Part shown: positions 50,424 to 61,024 of the stretch, piece after piece
Numbering within the stretch: the first letter of the stretch is position 1
Layout of the letters: each line of letters opens with the position of its first letter
Source: Bacteroidales bacterium
GTDB lineage: Bacteria; Bacteroidota; Bacteroidia; Bacteroidales; UBA12077
NCBI GenBank assembly: GCA_041686375.1
Contig: JAWLEB010000010.1
Span: forward strand, 15,301-79,300
Direction: 5' to 3'
DNA: 64,000 nucleotides
Position numbers and translations under genes: made by a program
Notes under the pieces: model-generated
What the model saw: only the letters and a program-made list of their open reading frames with translations
Databases searched by the model: none
Told to the model about the DNA's origin: nothing

Positions 50424-53339
50424 CTAATATATGAACGGGAGACTTATTTCAACTCTTGTGCCTCTTGGAGTGCCTGTTTCGTCATAAAGGTCCACATAAT
50501 TGATTTTAATTTCATCACTATACAGAGAATTCAATACCTTAATTCTGTCTTCTGTTATTTTAGAACCAAGGGATTTTTTCAAGGGCCCTTTGCTCATTTT
50601 TATTTCTTCAGCACGTTTTCTGCCAATGCCGTTATCTTCAATTATACAAAACAAAAAATTGTTACTTAGCTTTATTTCTATTTTAATAAATCCTTTATCT
50701 TTCTTATGAAGCAATCCGTGGCGAATTGAATTTTCAACATATGGCTGTAATAGTAAAGCGGGAACTTTATATTCGTAGGTATTTAATGAATCGTCAATTT
50801 TAATTTCATAATTAAAAGATTCTTCGAATCTTAAGGCTTCGAGCTCCATATACAAATCCAACCCTCTAATTTCATCTTCAATAGGGACAAAAGTATGTTG
50901 AGAATTATCCAGTACAATTCTCATTAACTTGGCAAACTTCGTCAGATAAGTCAAGGAAGAAGTTGTATCTTCATCGAGCAGAAAATATTGAATCGAATTT
51001 AGCGTATTAAAAATAAAATGGGGATTCATCTGTTGTCTCAAAATCTTTTGTTTATATTCATTAATATCATTCATCAGAGAATTTCGTTTTCTCATCATCT
51101 TCACCCTGTAATAGAATATACCAAAACCAATTCCTGTTATAAACAGCACACCCAAGACAAGGAACCACCAAGATCTCCAGAAAGGCCTTTGAATTTGAAA
51201 CACAACAATTGCAGGCTTTTCACTCCATATCCCATCTTCGGTTTGCGCTTTAACTTCGAATGTATATAAACCAGGTGACAAGGAAGGATATGTTATAGAG
51301 TTTTTGGTTGAATAACTCCAACTGGTATCTAAACCCTTTAATCTGTATTTATATCTAACATTACCCCTACTTCTGTATGAAAAGCTTATAAAATCTACTG
51401 AAATATAATTCTCATTATATTTTAAATCATAACGTCGTTCAACAATTGTGTCCACTCCTTTCACAGAGACCAAATTAATATAAATTTTAGGCGGTGTTGG
51501 ATTTTCTTTGAAACTTTGCTTTGAAAAAAAAGTCAGGCCTCTTGGAGTAGCTACATATACCAAACTGTCATTTATTTCTATATCATTAACCTGAGAATAT
51601 GGCAAACCGCTTAATGTGGTTAAATTTACTATGTCAAATTTATTCTCCTCCACGTCGGTAATGAGTATTTTTGAAACTCCATTATTCGTAGCAGCCCATA
51701 AAACCGAGTCTTCAATTTCAAGATTTCTGATTGAATTGCTTACTAATCCGTTATCCTGAGTGAGTTTAAAATAATCTGTATCCGACATAAAAATCAGACC
51801 TTCACCTCTTGTGGATAGCACGATATAATTCTTAAATCGGTTAATATCAGTTATCCTTACGTATAAATCAGGGTAACGTTTACCCATATGATTATAATCC
51901 CCCTTTTCATATTTCCACAAGCCATCTATCCCACCTAAATACAATACACTATCCGAATCATAGTAAATACTGGTTATTCGCATACAAAAAGAATCCTGAC
52001 TACAAGCACTGTATACAGGTTCACCTCGAATATATTTATCAAAACTCTCGGAGAATCCACACCACAAAGTATCCGTCCCAAGAATAAGGAAATCCAATGG
52101 AGAACGGTTCATTACTTGCCTGGAAGTACCAGTTTCTAAGTCATAAGCAAAAAGACCTTCATGCATGGCCATTAGCAACCTATCATTATACGGATCGTAT
52201 TTAAGTTTATGCAAACCAGTTTTTTCGACACCTGAGAAATGAATATTCTCAACATTACCGTCGCTATAGCGACTAATATACGGATAATTATACCCCAGCC
52301 AAATGTGCTCAGATGAATCTATTGTAATAGCTTCAACTCTATCGGAATGGAGTCCTCTCTCCCCATTTATATGGAGCATATTAATATTGGGTGTATAGAA
52401 CACACCATTACTGAGACTTGTAAACCAATGCCCACCTTCATGATCTTTTAGCACGGAAGATATAGCTTTATTCTTCAAATAAGTTGCTGTAATCTCCATA
52501 TTATCAGGATCTAACACATGCACACCTGAGTTAGTTCCCACCCATAATTCCCCGGGATCATCCTGAGAGAGCCAGATAACTTCCTCTCCTAACTCTTTTA
52601 TTTCAATGAGTTCATCTTTATTGAATTTAAATAATTTATATTCATGAGATAATATAAACCCCTCATCCAATTCCTTGATAAAAACATTATTTTGATTACT
52701 TCCAGTGATATTTTGATTGGTATAAGGTATTGTGCAAACACTATCTGTGGTATGTATTTTAATTTGGGAAAATTCCCCCCCTCCATGAGCAGTCAAATAT
52801 TCATCTTCAATTTGAAAAATGTCCATCGAATTATCCCCAGCATCATTTAACTGGCTAATATTACCCACACTATCTATTTTTAAAATGCCATAATTGCGGA
52901 TTCCATAATAGATATTATCATTTTGGTCAACATGAAATGCTGATTTGTTTTGCAGGCGATTCCTGTAAAAACTATTGATTAATTTATCATTATACTTATA
53001 GGAATGGATTTCTCCCTCGAAGTAATAACATAATTTCAGAGAAAAAGAAATGAACCAGATCCTGCCTTTATAGTCTTCATAAATATCAAAAATAGTATTA
53101 TCAATTAAACCATCATTGAGATTAAAATTTTCAAATTGCTTCCCATCAAACCTGCTTACACCATATTCTGTAGCAAACCATATATAATCATTTGAATCTT
53201 GAAACACGTAATATACCTCATCAGAAGGTAAGCCATCCTCAATATTATAGTGCTCATATAATGGCTCCTGCGGGGTTGCAAAAGAAATAAAAAAGAGAGA
53301 AAAAATGAATTGGAGAAAAATGAATTTAAAATCCAGCAT
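50424..53339 (-). CDS. sensor histidine kinase: periplasmic two-component-regulator beta-propeller repeats + Y_Y_Y-like domain + TM + LytS/YehU-type kinase
   Basis: 971 aa with a signal/TM N-terminus. About 700 aa of repeated W/Y-rich propeller blades (IWFATEYGVSRFDG, LWVGTNSGVHVLD, ...). TM segment WWFLVLGVLFITGIGFGIFYY. QMNPHFIFNTLNSIQ (PF06580-type H-box) and ENSIRHG (N-box). Confidence 0.85.
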   Translation of the reverse strand: MLDFKFIFLQFIFSLFFISFATPQEPLYEHYNIEDGLPSDEVYYVFQDSNDYIWFATEYGVSRFDGKQFENFNLNDGLIDNTIFDIYEDYKGRIWFISFSLKLCYYFEGEIHSYKYNDKLINSFYRNRLQNKSAFHVDQNDNIYYGIRNYGILKIDSVGNISQLNDAGDNSMDIFQIEDEYLTAHGGGEFSQIKIHTTDSVCTIPYTNQNITGSNQNNVFIKELDEGFILSHEYKLFKFNKDELIEIKELGEEVIWLSQDDPGELWVGTNSGVHVLDPDNMEITATYLKNKAISSVLKDHEGGHWFTSLSNGVFYTPNINMLHINGERGLHSDRVEAITIDSSEHIWLGYNYPYISRYSDGNVENIHFSGVEKTGLHKLKYDPYNDRLLMAMHEGLFAYDLETGTSRQVMNRSPLDFLILGTDTLWCGFSESFDKYIRGEPVYSACSQDSFCMRITSIYYDSDSVLYLGGIDGLWKYEKGDYNHMGKRYPDLYVRITDINRFKNYIVLSTRGEGLIFMSDTDYFKLTQDNGLVSNSIRNLEIEDSVLWAATNNGVSKILITDVEENKFDIVNLTTLSGLPYSQVNDIEINDSLVYVATPRGLTFFSKQSFKENPTPPKIYINLVSVKGVDTIVERRYDLKYNENYISVDFISFSYRSRGNVRYKYRLKGLDTSWSYSTKNSITYPSLSPGLYTFEVKAQTEDGIWSEKPAIVVFQIQRPFWRSWWFLVLGVLFITGIGFGIFYYRVKMMRKRNSLMNDINEYKQKILRQQMNPHFIFNTLNSIQYFLLDEDTTSSLTYLTKFAKLMRIVLDNSQHTFVPIEDEIRGLDLYMELEALRFEESFNYEIKIDDSLNTYEYKVPALLLQPYVENSIRHGLLHKKDKGFIKIEIKLSNNFLFCIIEDNGIGRKRAEEIKMSKGPLKKSLGSKITEDRIKVLNSLYSDEIKINYVDLYDETGTPRGTRVEISLPFIY

Positions 53340-53372
53340 AAACTTTTTATTAATTTAAATAGTAAATATACC

Positions 53373-53404
53373 AAAAAAAGAAGCAGGCCAAAAAGACCTG
53401 CTTC
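53373..53404 (-). terminator. intrinsic terminator after the PFOR gene
   Basis: GAAGCAGG (53380-53387) pairs with CCTGCTTC (53397-53404) around a 9-nt loop. The A7 run at 53373-53379 gives a U7 tract on the minus strand. Confidence 0.65.
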
Positions 53405-53429
53405 CTAATTTTTAGTAAGTTAATATTAC

Positions 53430-56400
53430 TTATTTGGAGTCTGCTAATTTTTTATACTTATTATATCTCCATTTTGAATCTTCCTCTACTTGTTTAAACA
53501 GCGTTTCCGCTTCCTGTGGGAATGATTTCTTAAGTGAAGTATAACGAACCTCACCCTTAAGGAAATCCTGGAACTTACTCCAATCCGGTTCTTTTGAATC
53601 AAGAAGGAATGGATTTTTGCCCTCTTTTTCTAATTCAGGATTATACCTGTAATTGTGCCAGAATCCTGCAATAACAGCCTTTTTCATTTCAGCCTGGGCT
53701 TTACCCATTCCACCTTTAATACCGTGATTAATACATGGAGAATAAGCTATAATTACAGACGGGCCGGGATATGCCTCAGCTTCTTTGATGGCTTTAAAGA
53801 ACTGGTTTTGGCTAGCTCCCATAGCTACCTGAGCAACGTAAACATTGCCATAATTTATAGCCATCATTCCAAGATCTTTTTTACGGATTTTCATACCTGA
53901 CGCAGCAAATTTTGCCACGGCACCCGCAGGAGTTGCCTTGGAAGCCTGTCCACCTGTATTGGAATATACTTCGGTATCAAGGACCAGCAGATTAACATCT
54001 TCACCAGATGCAATTACATGATCAAGTCCGCCATATCCGATATCATAAGCCCAACCGTCTCCACCTATTATCCAAACAGATTTCTTAATGAGATAATCTT
54101 TTAGTTGAAGGATATCCTTAGCCAATTGATTATTTTCATTTTTCAGTGCTTCAACAACTTTATCCGCGATTTCTTTGGAATTTTCTGCTTTTTCTTTATT
54201 ATCAATCCACTCTTTAAGAACAGCTTTTGTATCTGAAGAAACACTATCATCAAGAAGCATGCTCATTTTTTGGGCAATTCTGTTTCTAAGCTTGTTAACA
54301 CCCAATGCCATACCATATCCATATTCGGCGTTGTCCTCAAATAAGGAGTTAGCCCAGGCAGGACCCCTTCCGTCTTTCCCTGCCTTGTATGGTGTTGAAG
54401 GTGCAGAACCACCGTAAATTGAAGAACATCCCGTAGCATTGGCAATCATCATTCGATCACCGAATAACTGGGTTATAACCTTTATATAAGGTGTTTCACC
54501 ACAGCCCGGACAAGCACCATGAAATTCAAATAACGGTTCAGCAAACTGACTGTTCTTTAGTGTTTTCTCCTTAGGCACAACAGTCTCTTTATAACCCACT
54601 TTTTCTTCCATATAATTCCACTTTTCAACCTGTTCCATTTGAGACTCCAATGATTTCATCTCAAGAGCATTATTTGGAGCAGGGCATACATCAACACAAT
54701 TACTACAACCTGTACAATCAAGGGGGCTAATCTGAATTCTGAAATGATACTCTTTTATTCCACCTTTACCTTTTATGGTAGCCGTATCTTTTGGTGCATT
54801 TTCAAGTTCTTCGTCTGTCAATAAGAATGGACGAATAACTGCATGAGGACATACATATGCGCATTGATTACACTGAATACAATTTTCAGGGATCCATTCA
54901 GGAACATGAACAGCAATACCTCGTTTCTCATATTTGGTTGTTCCTGCAGGGAATGTACCATCTTCTCTTCCAACAAAAGCACTAACCGGTAAATCATCAC
55001 CTTTTTGGAGATTGATTGGGTTAGCAACTTTTTTGATGAATTCAGGCAGATCTCGAGCATCTTCTTCCTGCTCGCTTGCTAATTTAATATTCTTCCATTC
55101 TTCAGGAATATCAATTTTTTCTACTTCAGCACCACGATCTACCGCTTTATGGTTCATATTAACAATATCCTCTCCTTTTTTGCCGAAAGTCTTAACAATT
55201 GCATCCTTCATCTCTTTAACCGCCTTGTCATAAGGAATGACATTTGCGACTTTAAAGAATGCCGATTGCATAATTGTATTTGTTCGACCGGCTAATCCTA
55301 CATCTTCAGCAATTTTAGTAGCATTGATAATATAAAAGTTTATATTTTTCTCCGCAAGTTGCTTCTTGAATTTATCAGGCAGTTTTTCTTTTGTTTCCTC
55401 TTTATCCCAAATACTGTTCAGCAAGAATACCCCACCTTTTTTAATTCCATTCAACATGTCATATTTCTGAAGATAAGCAGGAACATGGCAAGCAACGAAA
55501 TCAGGTGTTCCTACAAGATATGAAGAACGTATTGGGTAATCTCCAAATCGAAGGTGTGAAACAGTAAAACCTCCTGACTTTTTCGAGTCATAAGAGAAAT
55601 ACCCCTGAGCAAATTTCTCAGTACTCTCACCAATTATTTTAATAGAATTCTTATTGGCACCAACAGTACCATCACCACCAATACCATAGAATTTTCCTTC
55701 AAATGTACCTTCCGGAACAACACTCATTGGAGGTTGAACGGGCAATGAAGTATAAGTAACATCATCTACGATGCTGATTGTAAATTGATCCTTTGGCTCC
55801 TTTTGTTTGAGATTCTCAAAGACAGCCAGAATATCCTCTGGTTTTGTGTCTTTTGAGCTCAGGCCATATTTTCCACCAACGATGATAGGAGCATTTTCTT
55901 TTCTATAGAATAAATTTTTAACATCAAGATAAAGAGGTTCTCCCATTGCTCCGGGTTCTTTAGTTCTGTCCAATACGGCTATTCGCTTAACAGAATCCGG
56001 CAATACTTTAAGGAAATATTTTTCAGAGAATGGTCTGTAAAGATGAACTGCAATTGCTCCAACCTTTTCTCCCTGATTATTAAGCTTGTCTACAACCTCT
56101 CTAACAGTTTCAGTAACAGAACCCATAGCTATTATAATATTTTCGGCGTCGTCAGCTCCATGATATGTGAATGGGTGATACTCTCTTCCTGTAAGTTTTG
56201 TAATTTCCTGCATATATTCTTCTACCATATCAGGAATGGGTTGATAAAATTTATTGCTAGCCTCCCGTGCCTGGAAGAAGATATCAGGATTCTGCGCAGT
56301 ACCTCTTGTAACAGGATGTTCGGGGCTAAGAGCATTATCTCTAAATTTTTGTAGCGCATCATAATCGATAAGATCCTTAAGATCATCATTCTCAAAATAT

Positions 56401-56957
56401 TCTACTTTTTGTATTTCATGAGAATTGCGAAATCCATCGAAAAAGTGAACGAATGGGATTCTTGACCTTATAGAAGTTAAATGCGCGACAGCAGCTATAT
56501 CCATAATTTCCTGAATACTACCACTAGCCAGCAAAGCGAACCCCGTTTGGCGAGTAGCCATCACATCACTGTGATCGCCAAAAATGGATAAAGCATGTGT
56601 TGCTACACTTCGTGCGCTAACATGAAAAACTCCGGGTAATAATTCACCGGAAATTTTATACATATTAGGAATCATCAGTAATAATCCTTGAGAAGCCGTA
56701 AAAGTTGATGTAAGCGAGCCGCCTTGTAAAGAGCCATGAACGGCGCCTGCAGCACCGGCTTCGGATTGCATTTCGGTGACAGTTACTTCATCACCAAAAA
56801 TGTTTTTTCTACCGTGAGCTGCCCATTCATCAACATACTCCGCCATTGTGGACGAAGGAGTAATTGGATAAATGGCGGCCACCTCACTAAACATATATGC
56901 AACATGTGCTGCTGCATAATTCCCATCACAAGTTATAATTTTCTTCTTTTGTACCAT
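53430..56957 (-). CDS. nifJ: pyruvate:ferredoxin (flavodoxin) oxidoreductase
   Basis: About 1175 aa from ATG 56957 (MVQKKKIITCDGNYAAAHVAY). CIQCNQCAYVCPHA and CTGCSNCVDVCP ferredoxin motifs. TPP motif GGDGWAYDIGYGGLDHV. Confidence 0.96.
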   Translation of the reverse strand: MVQKKKIITCDGNYAAAHVAYMFSEVAAIYPITPSSTMAEYVDEWAAHGRKNIFGDEVTVTEMQSEAGAAGAVHGSLQGGSLTSTFTASQGLLLMIPNMYKISGELLPGVFHVSARSVATHALSIFGDHSDVMATRQTGFALLASGSIQEIMDIAAVAHLTSIRSRIPFVHFFDGFRNSHEIQKVEYFENDDLKDLIDYDALQKFRDNALSPEHPVTRGTAQNPDIFFQAREASNKFYQPIPDMVEEYMQEITKLTGREYHPFTYHGADDAENIIIAMGSVTETVREVVDKLNNQGEKVGAIAVHLYRPFSEKYFLKVLPDSVKRIAVLDRTKEPGAMGEPLYLDVKNLFYRKENAPIIVGGKYGLSSKDTKPEDILAVFENLKQKEPKDQFTISIVDDVTYTSLPVQPPMSVVPEGTFEGKFYGIGGDGTVGANKNSIKIIGESTEKFAQGYFSYDSKKSGGFTVSHLRFGDYPIRSSYLVGTPDFVACHVPAYLQKYDMLNGIKKGGVFLLNSIWDKEETKEKLPDKFKKQLAEKNINFYIINATKIAEDVGLAGRTNTIMQSAFFKVANVIPYDKAVKEMKDAIVKTFGKKGEDIVNMNHKAVDRGAEVEKIDIPEEWKNIKLASEQEEDARDLPEFIKKVANPINLQKGDDLPVSAFVGREDGTFPAGTTKYEKRGIAVHVPEWIPENCIQCNQCAYVCPHAVIRPFLLTDEELENAPKDTATIKGKGGIKEYHFRIQISPLDCTGCSNCVDVCPAPNNALEMKSLESQMEQVEKWNYMEEKVGYKETVVPKEKTLKNSQFAEPLFEFHGACPGCGETPYIKVITQLFGDRMMIANATGCSSIYGGSAPSTPYKAGKDGRGPAWANSLFEDNAEYGYGMALGVNKLRNRIAQKMSMLLDDSVSSDTKAVLKEWIDNKEKAENSKEIADKVVEALKNENNQLAKDILQLKDYLIKKSVWIIGGDGWAYDIGYGGLDHVIASGEDVNLLVLDTEVYSNTGGQASKATPAGAVAKFAASGMKIRKKDLGMMAINYGNVYVAQVAMGASQNQFFKAIKEAEAYPGPSVIIAYSPCINHGIKGGMGKAQAEMKKAVIAGFWHNYRYNPELEKEGKNPFLLDSKEPDWSKFQDFLKGEVRYTSLKKSFPQEAETLFKQVEEDSKWRYNKYKKLADSK

Positions 56958-56997
56958 GTTTTTCTCCTTAATTTGTAGAACAACTATTGTAATCCTA

Positions 56998-57005
56998 CAA
57001 AAATA
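56998..57005 (-). promoter_or_regulatory. candidate -7 box (TATTTTTG) for nifJ
   Basis: Minus-strand TAnnTTTG match about 40 nt upstream of ATG 56957. Confidence 0.3.
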
Positions 57006-57100
57006 TAACAAAAATTTCTTCTATATGCATAAGTTGACGAAAATCAACGTTCACATGATTAATTCAAAAAATTAAAAATAATATCAGGAAAGGTAGATAA

Positions 57101-57132
57101 TAAAAAAAATGCAGGTTGATATCAACCTGCAT
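57101..57132 (-). terminator. intrinsic terminator after rho
   Basis: Perfect 24-nt palindrome ATGCAGGTTGAT|ATCAACCTGCAT (57109-57132). The A8 run at 57102-57109 gives a U-tract on the minus strand. Confidence 0.7.
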
Positions 57133-57162
57133 ACTTATTTCAAAAAATGCTATAAAACATAT

Positions 57163-58749
57163 TTATTCACTATTCATGGAAATCAAAAACTCCTCATTTG
57201 TTTCAGTTTTAGCAATTTTGTCACGAAGGAATTCCATAGCCTCCACAGAAGTCATATCAGTCAGGTAATTCCTCAAGATCCATACTTTGTTCAATACATC
57301 TTTATCAAGTAACAACTCTTCTCGGCGGGTACTGGACATTGTAATATCAATAGATGGGAAAATTCTCTTGTTAGAAAGTTTTCTGTCCAGTTGAAGCTCC
57401 ATATTTCCAGTACCTTTAAACTCTTCAAATATTACATCATCCATTTTAGAACCTGTTTCTGTAAGTGCTGTTGCTAAGATGGTTAATGAACCTCCTTCTT
57501 CGATATTTCTTGCAGCTCCAAAAAACCGTTTCGGTTTATGCAGAGCATTAGCATCCACACCACCAGAAAGAATTTTACCGGAGGCCGGTGATATTGTATT
57601 GAAAGCTCTTGCAAGACGTGTTATAGAGTCAAGTAAAATTACGACATCGTGTCCGCATTCAACCATTTTCTTAGCCTTCTCAAGAACTATATTTGCAACT
57701 TTAACATGCCTTTCAGCAGGCTCATCAAATGTAGATGAAATTACTTCTCCTTTTACGCTTCTGGCCATATCCGTAACCTCTTCCGGCCGCTCATCAATAA
57801 GTAATACTATCATATATACTTCAGGATGATTATAAGCCACTGCATTGGCAATATCCTTGAGAAGTATAGTCTTTCCGGTTTTAGGTTGCGCGACAATTAA
57901 CCCTCTTTGTCCTTTACCAATTGGTGCAAACATATCAACCATTCTGCAAGACAATTTATCTTGACCTGAATGGGTAGTCAAATAAAACTTTTGTTCAGGA
58001 AAAAGCGGTGTTAAGTAATCAAAAGGCACTCTATCGCGGATAAAATCAGGATCTCTACCATTAATCCTTTGAACCTTTATTAATGGAAAATATTTTTCGC
58101 CCTCTTTAGGTGGTCGGATAGTTCCTTCAACAGTATCACCTGTTTTTAAACCGAACAACTTTATCTGAGATTGCGAAACATATATATCATCGGGACTATT
58201 AAGATAATTATATTCAGCAGAACGCAAAAAGCCATATCCATCAGGCATAATCTCTAAAACGCCCGAATTGGATATAATCCCCTCAAACTCATACTGACTT
58301 CTGTCTTGCGTTCTTTTACGTTGATTGGCCTGACCAGATGAATTTTTCTTCTCTTGAACCTGTTCTGCTTGTTTTTGTGTAACAGCTCTTTCTTCTGATT
58401 TTCTGGGTTGTGCAGGTTGTGTAAGTTGTGCAGATGATTTCGTTGATTTTTCTGCTTTGACGTTTTTTGTTTGGGTGTCTGCCTGAATATTGGTATCCGG
58501 TGAGGATTCTTTTGTGTCGGATGAAAGTTTCTCTTTTTGGTTATTGTCCTGTCTACGGGGTCTGGCAGACTTTTTTGTTGATTTCTTCTCTTTTTTTTGG
58601 TCTCCGCTTGCGTTGATTGCCTGCTGATCCAATATCCTGTAGATTAAGTCCTGTTTTCTCAAGGAATCAGCTTTTTTTACATCTAGATCTTTCGCAATCT
58701 GCCTTAATTCTGAAACCAACTTTTTGTTTAATTCAAGAATGTCGTACAT
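57163..58749 (-). CDS. rho: transcription termination factor Rho with a large N-terminal insertion
   Basis: 528 aa. N-terminal [24 protein letters not shown] helix bundle, a ~115-aa K/Q/S/T-rich insert, then the CSD-like RNA-binding domain ([14 protein letters not shown]). Walker [16 protein letters not shown]. Confidence 0.96.
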   Translation of the reverse strand: MYDILELNKKLVSELRQIAKDLDVKKADSLRKQDLIYRILDQQAINASGDQKKEKKSTKKSARPRRQDNNQKEKLSSDTKESSPDTNIQADTQTKNVKAEKSTKSSAQLTQPAQPRKSEERAVTQKQAEQVQEKKNSSGQANQRKRTQDRSQYEFEGIISNSGVLEIMPDGYGFLRSAEYNYLNSPDDIYVSQSQIKLFGLKTGDTVEGTIRPPKEGEKYFPLIKVQRINGRDPDFIRDRVPFDYLTPLFPEQKFYLTTHSGQDKLSCRMVDMFAPIGKGQRGLIVAQPKTGKTILLKDIANAVAYNHPEVYMIVLLIDERPEEVTDMARSVKGEVISSTFDEPAERHVKVANIVLEKAKKMVECGHDVVILLDSITRLARAFNTISPASGKILSGGVDANALHKPKRFFGAARNIEEGGSLTILATALTETGSKMDDVIFEEFKGTGNMELQLDRKLSNKRIFPSIDITMSSTRREELLLDKDVLNKVWILRNYLTDMTSVEAMEFLRDKIAKTETNEEFLISMNSE

Positions 58750-59028
58750 AATATTTAATTAATGGTAACTAAGATTAATAATTGTTAAATTATATTTTGT
58801 ATTTGTTATAAGAAATGGGGAAAAAGAATGATTTACCGAAAAGGAAATCCTGATGCAATAATAAAGATTTCATTGTAATTACCAAAATAAAACTAAAAAT
58901 ATTTCAAAAAATTGTATTATTAAAGATATTTTTTTTTAAAAATTCATGCAAATGATTAATTTCACACAATAAATATAACTATTTTTTATTGATGTTCGTA
59001 ACACTACGAGCTCAAGAATATATACTCG

Positions 59029-59892
59029 ATGAGACAACTAAAAATCATTAAACAGGTCACAAACAGAGAAGCTCTTTCTGTTGATAAGTATCTGCATGAA
59101 ATCAGTAAAGAAGATTTATTAACTGCTGAACAGGAGGTAGAATTAGCAAGAAAAATAAAAAAGGGAGACGAGCAGGCTTTAGGAAAGTTAATTCGTTCCA
59201 ATCTCCGGTTTGTAGTATCTGTTGCTAAACAATACCAAAATCAAGGACTAAGCCTGCCTGATTTAATTAACGAAGGAAACTTAGGTTTAATAAAAGCAGC
59301 CAGACGTTTTGATGAAACACGGGGGTTTAAGTTTATCTCCTATGCTGTGTGGTGGATCCGTCAATCGATCCTTCAAGCTCTTGCTGAACAGGCAAGAATC
59401 GTCAGATTGCCTTTAAACAAAATTGGTTCCATAAATAAAATTAATCGCGCCCTGGCCGAGCTGGAACAACGGCATGAGCGGGAACCTTCAATACAGGAAA
59501 TATCCAAAACCCTTGAGATTGCCCCCGAGGAAATAAAAGAAGCACTCCGGAATTCCAACAAGCCGCTTTCAATGGATGCCCCGGTTAATGAAGAAGATCA
59601 GGATGATATGTATGATCTCATTGAGAGCGAAGAAAATCCTCCACCGGATGAAAACCTGATAAACGAGTCACTTTACAGGGAAATTGAACGTGCACTGTCA
59701 TCCCTGACAGAAAGAGAGGGTAAAATTATCCGGCTTTACTATGGACTCGGAAATAAACATCCATATACCCTGGAAGAAATTGGTGAAAAAATCAGTCTAA
59801 CAAGGGAAAGGGTTAGACAAATTAAAGAGAAAGCCATAAAAAAACTGAAACATACAACAAGAAATAAAATTCTTAAATCTTATCTGGGTTAA
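59029..59892 (+). CDS. rpoD: primary RNA polymerase sigma factor (sigma-70/RpoD, short Bacteroidota form)
   Basis: 287 aa. Region 2 [18 protein letters not shown]...[11 protein letters not shown]. Region 4.2 [23 protein letters not shown]. No region 1.1. Confidence 0.93.
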   Translation: MRQLKIIKQVTNREALSVDKYLHEISKEDLLTAEQEVELARKIKKGDEQALGKLIRSNLRFVVSVAKQYQNQGLSLPDLINEGNLGLIKAARRFDETRGFKFISYAVWWIRQSILQALAEQARIVRLPLNKIGSINKINRALAELEQRHEREPSIQEISKTLEIAPEEIKEALRNSNKPLSMDAPVNEEDQDDMYDLIESEENPPPDENLINESLYREIERALSSLTEREGKIIRLYYGLGNKHPYTLEEIGEKISLTRERVRQIKEKAIKKLKHTTRNKILKSYLG

Positions 59893-59946
59893 TATACATC
59901 TGTTGACACAACACCTTTTTCTATCAATCTAGTGAACAAACAAAGA

Positions 59947-60999
59947 ATGAACTATAAGAATTCAGAGTTGCCTTATATTACCAAAGACTTAGAAGGAATT
60001 GGAGGCAAGATAAAAACCTCTTATGAAAATTTTATAGTCAATGAAATCCCCGCATATCAACCTTCCTGTGAAGGAGAACATTTATTCATTCATATAACCA
60101 AAAAGGGCATTACAACAAAAGAAGTACAAAAAGCCCTGGCAAAAATCTATAATGCAAATTCTCAAGATGTTGAATTTGCAGGGATAAAAGACAAGTATGC
60201 TGTGACTTCTCAATTCTTTAGTGTCTGGCTCCATAAAGGACAAGAAAAAGATCTTGTATACCAGTTGGAAAAGGTGATGCCCGTTACAATAAATTCAATA
60301 GCATTCCATAACAGAAAGCTAAAAATGGGGCATCTCAAAGGGAATGCTTTTAAAATAAAAATCACAGATATTAAAATATCATTATATGAAGCATATCAAA
60401 GGGCATCCAGAATCGCTAATATTATCCATGAAAATGGATTACCCAACTTCTATGGACAGCAGCGCTTTGGGATCGATGGAGATAATGCGGAGAGGGGATT
60501 CAATATCTTAAAAGGCAAAGAAAAAAACCACAATAAATGGCTGAAGCGATTTTTGCTATCCAGCCTCCAAAGCCATCTTTTTAATTACTATCTTACCAGA
60601 AGAATTGAACACAACTTATTTAACCGAATTTTAAAAGGAGACATTGCTAAAAAGCAAGATACCGGAGGACTTTTTGTTGTAGAAGAAATGGAACAAGAGC
60701 AAAAACGACTGCAAAATAAAGAAATATGTTTCACTGGTCCTATGTATGGAAAAAAAATGAAACAGGCCGGAGATGAAGCAGGAGAATTTGAAAAAACAAT
60801 ATTGGATGAAAACGATATTACACCGGAAGAACTGAAAGAAGCAAAGATAACTGGTACCAGAAGAGCTGGAATTATTCTGCCTGAAATCACTATGAACCAA
60901 GAAGAAGACGGCTTAATACTGAAATTCACTTTGCCAAAGGGTGCCTTTGCTACCATAGTCCTCAGGGAAATTATGAAAAATGAGGTAAATACCGATTAG
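59947..60999 (+). CDS. truD: tRNA pseudouridine(13) synthase TruD
   Basis: About 350 aa from ATG 59947 (the track starts at GTG 59932). FAGIKDKYAVTSQ (catalytic Asp motif) and NFYGQQRFG. Confidence 0.88.
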   Translation: MNYKNSELPYITKDLEGIGGKIKTSYENFIVNEIPAYQPSCEGEHLFIHITKKGITTKEVQKALAKIYNANSQDVEFAGIKDKYAVTSQFFSVWLHKGQEKDLVYQLEKVMPVTINSIAFHNRKLKMGHLKGNAFKIKITDIKISLYEAYQRASRIANIIHENGLPNFYGQQRFGIDGDNAERGFNILKGKEKNHNKWLKRFLLSSLQSHLFNYYLTRRIEHNLFNRILKGDIAKKQDTGGLFVVEEMEQEQKRLQNKEICFTGPMYGKKMKQAGDEAGEFEKTILDENDITPEELKEAKITGTRRAGIILPEITMNQEEDGLILKFTLPKGAFATIVLREIMKNEVNTD

Positions 61000-61024
61000 T
61001 TTACTAATTTTACAGCAAAAAAAT

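Noticed and set aside
56958-57011. N-terminal extensions suggested by the ORF track for nifJ (MLYFCRITIVVLQIKEKN), purL (38496-38525), the TPR gene (4417-4440) and rpsU (28297-28308).
   Set aside because: For purL, the TPR gene and rpsU the extensions begin at TTG. All four lack similarity to the family N-termini and overlap promoter or SD elements. The internal ATGs give canonical N-termini.
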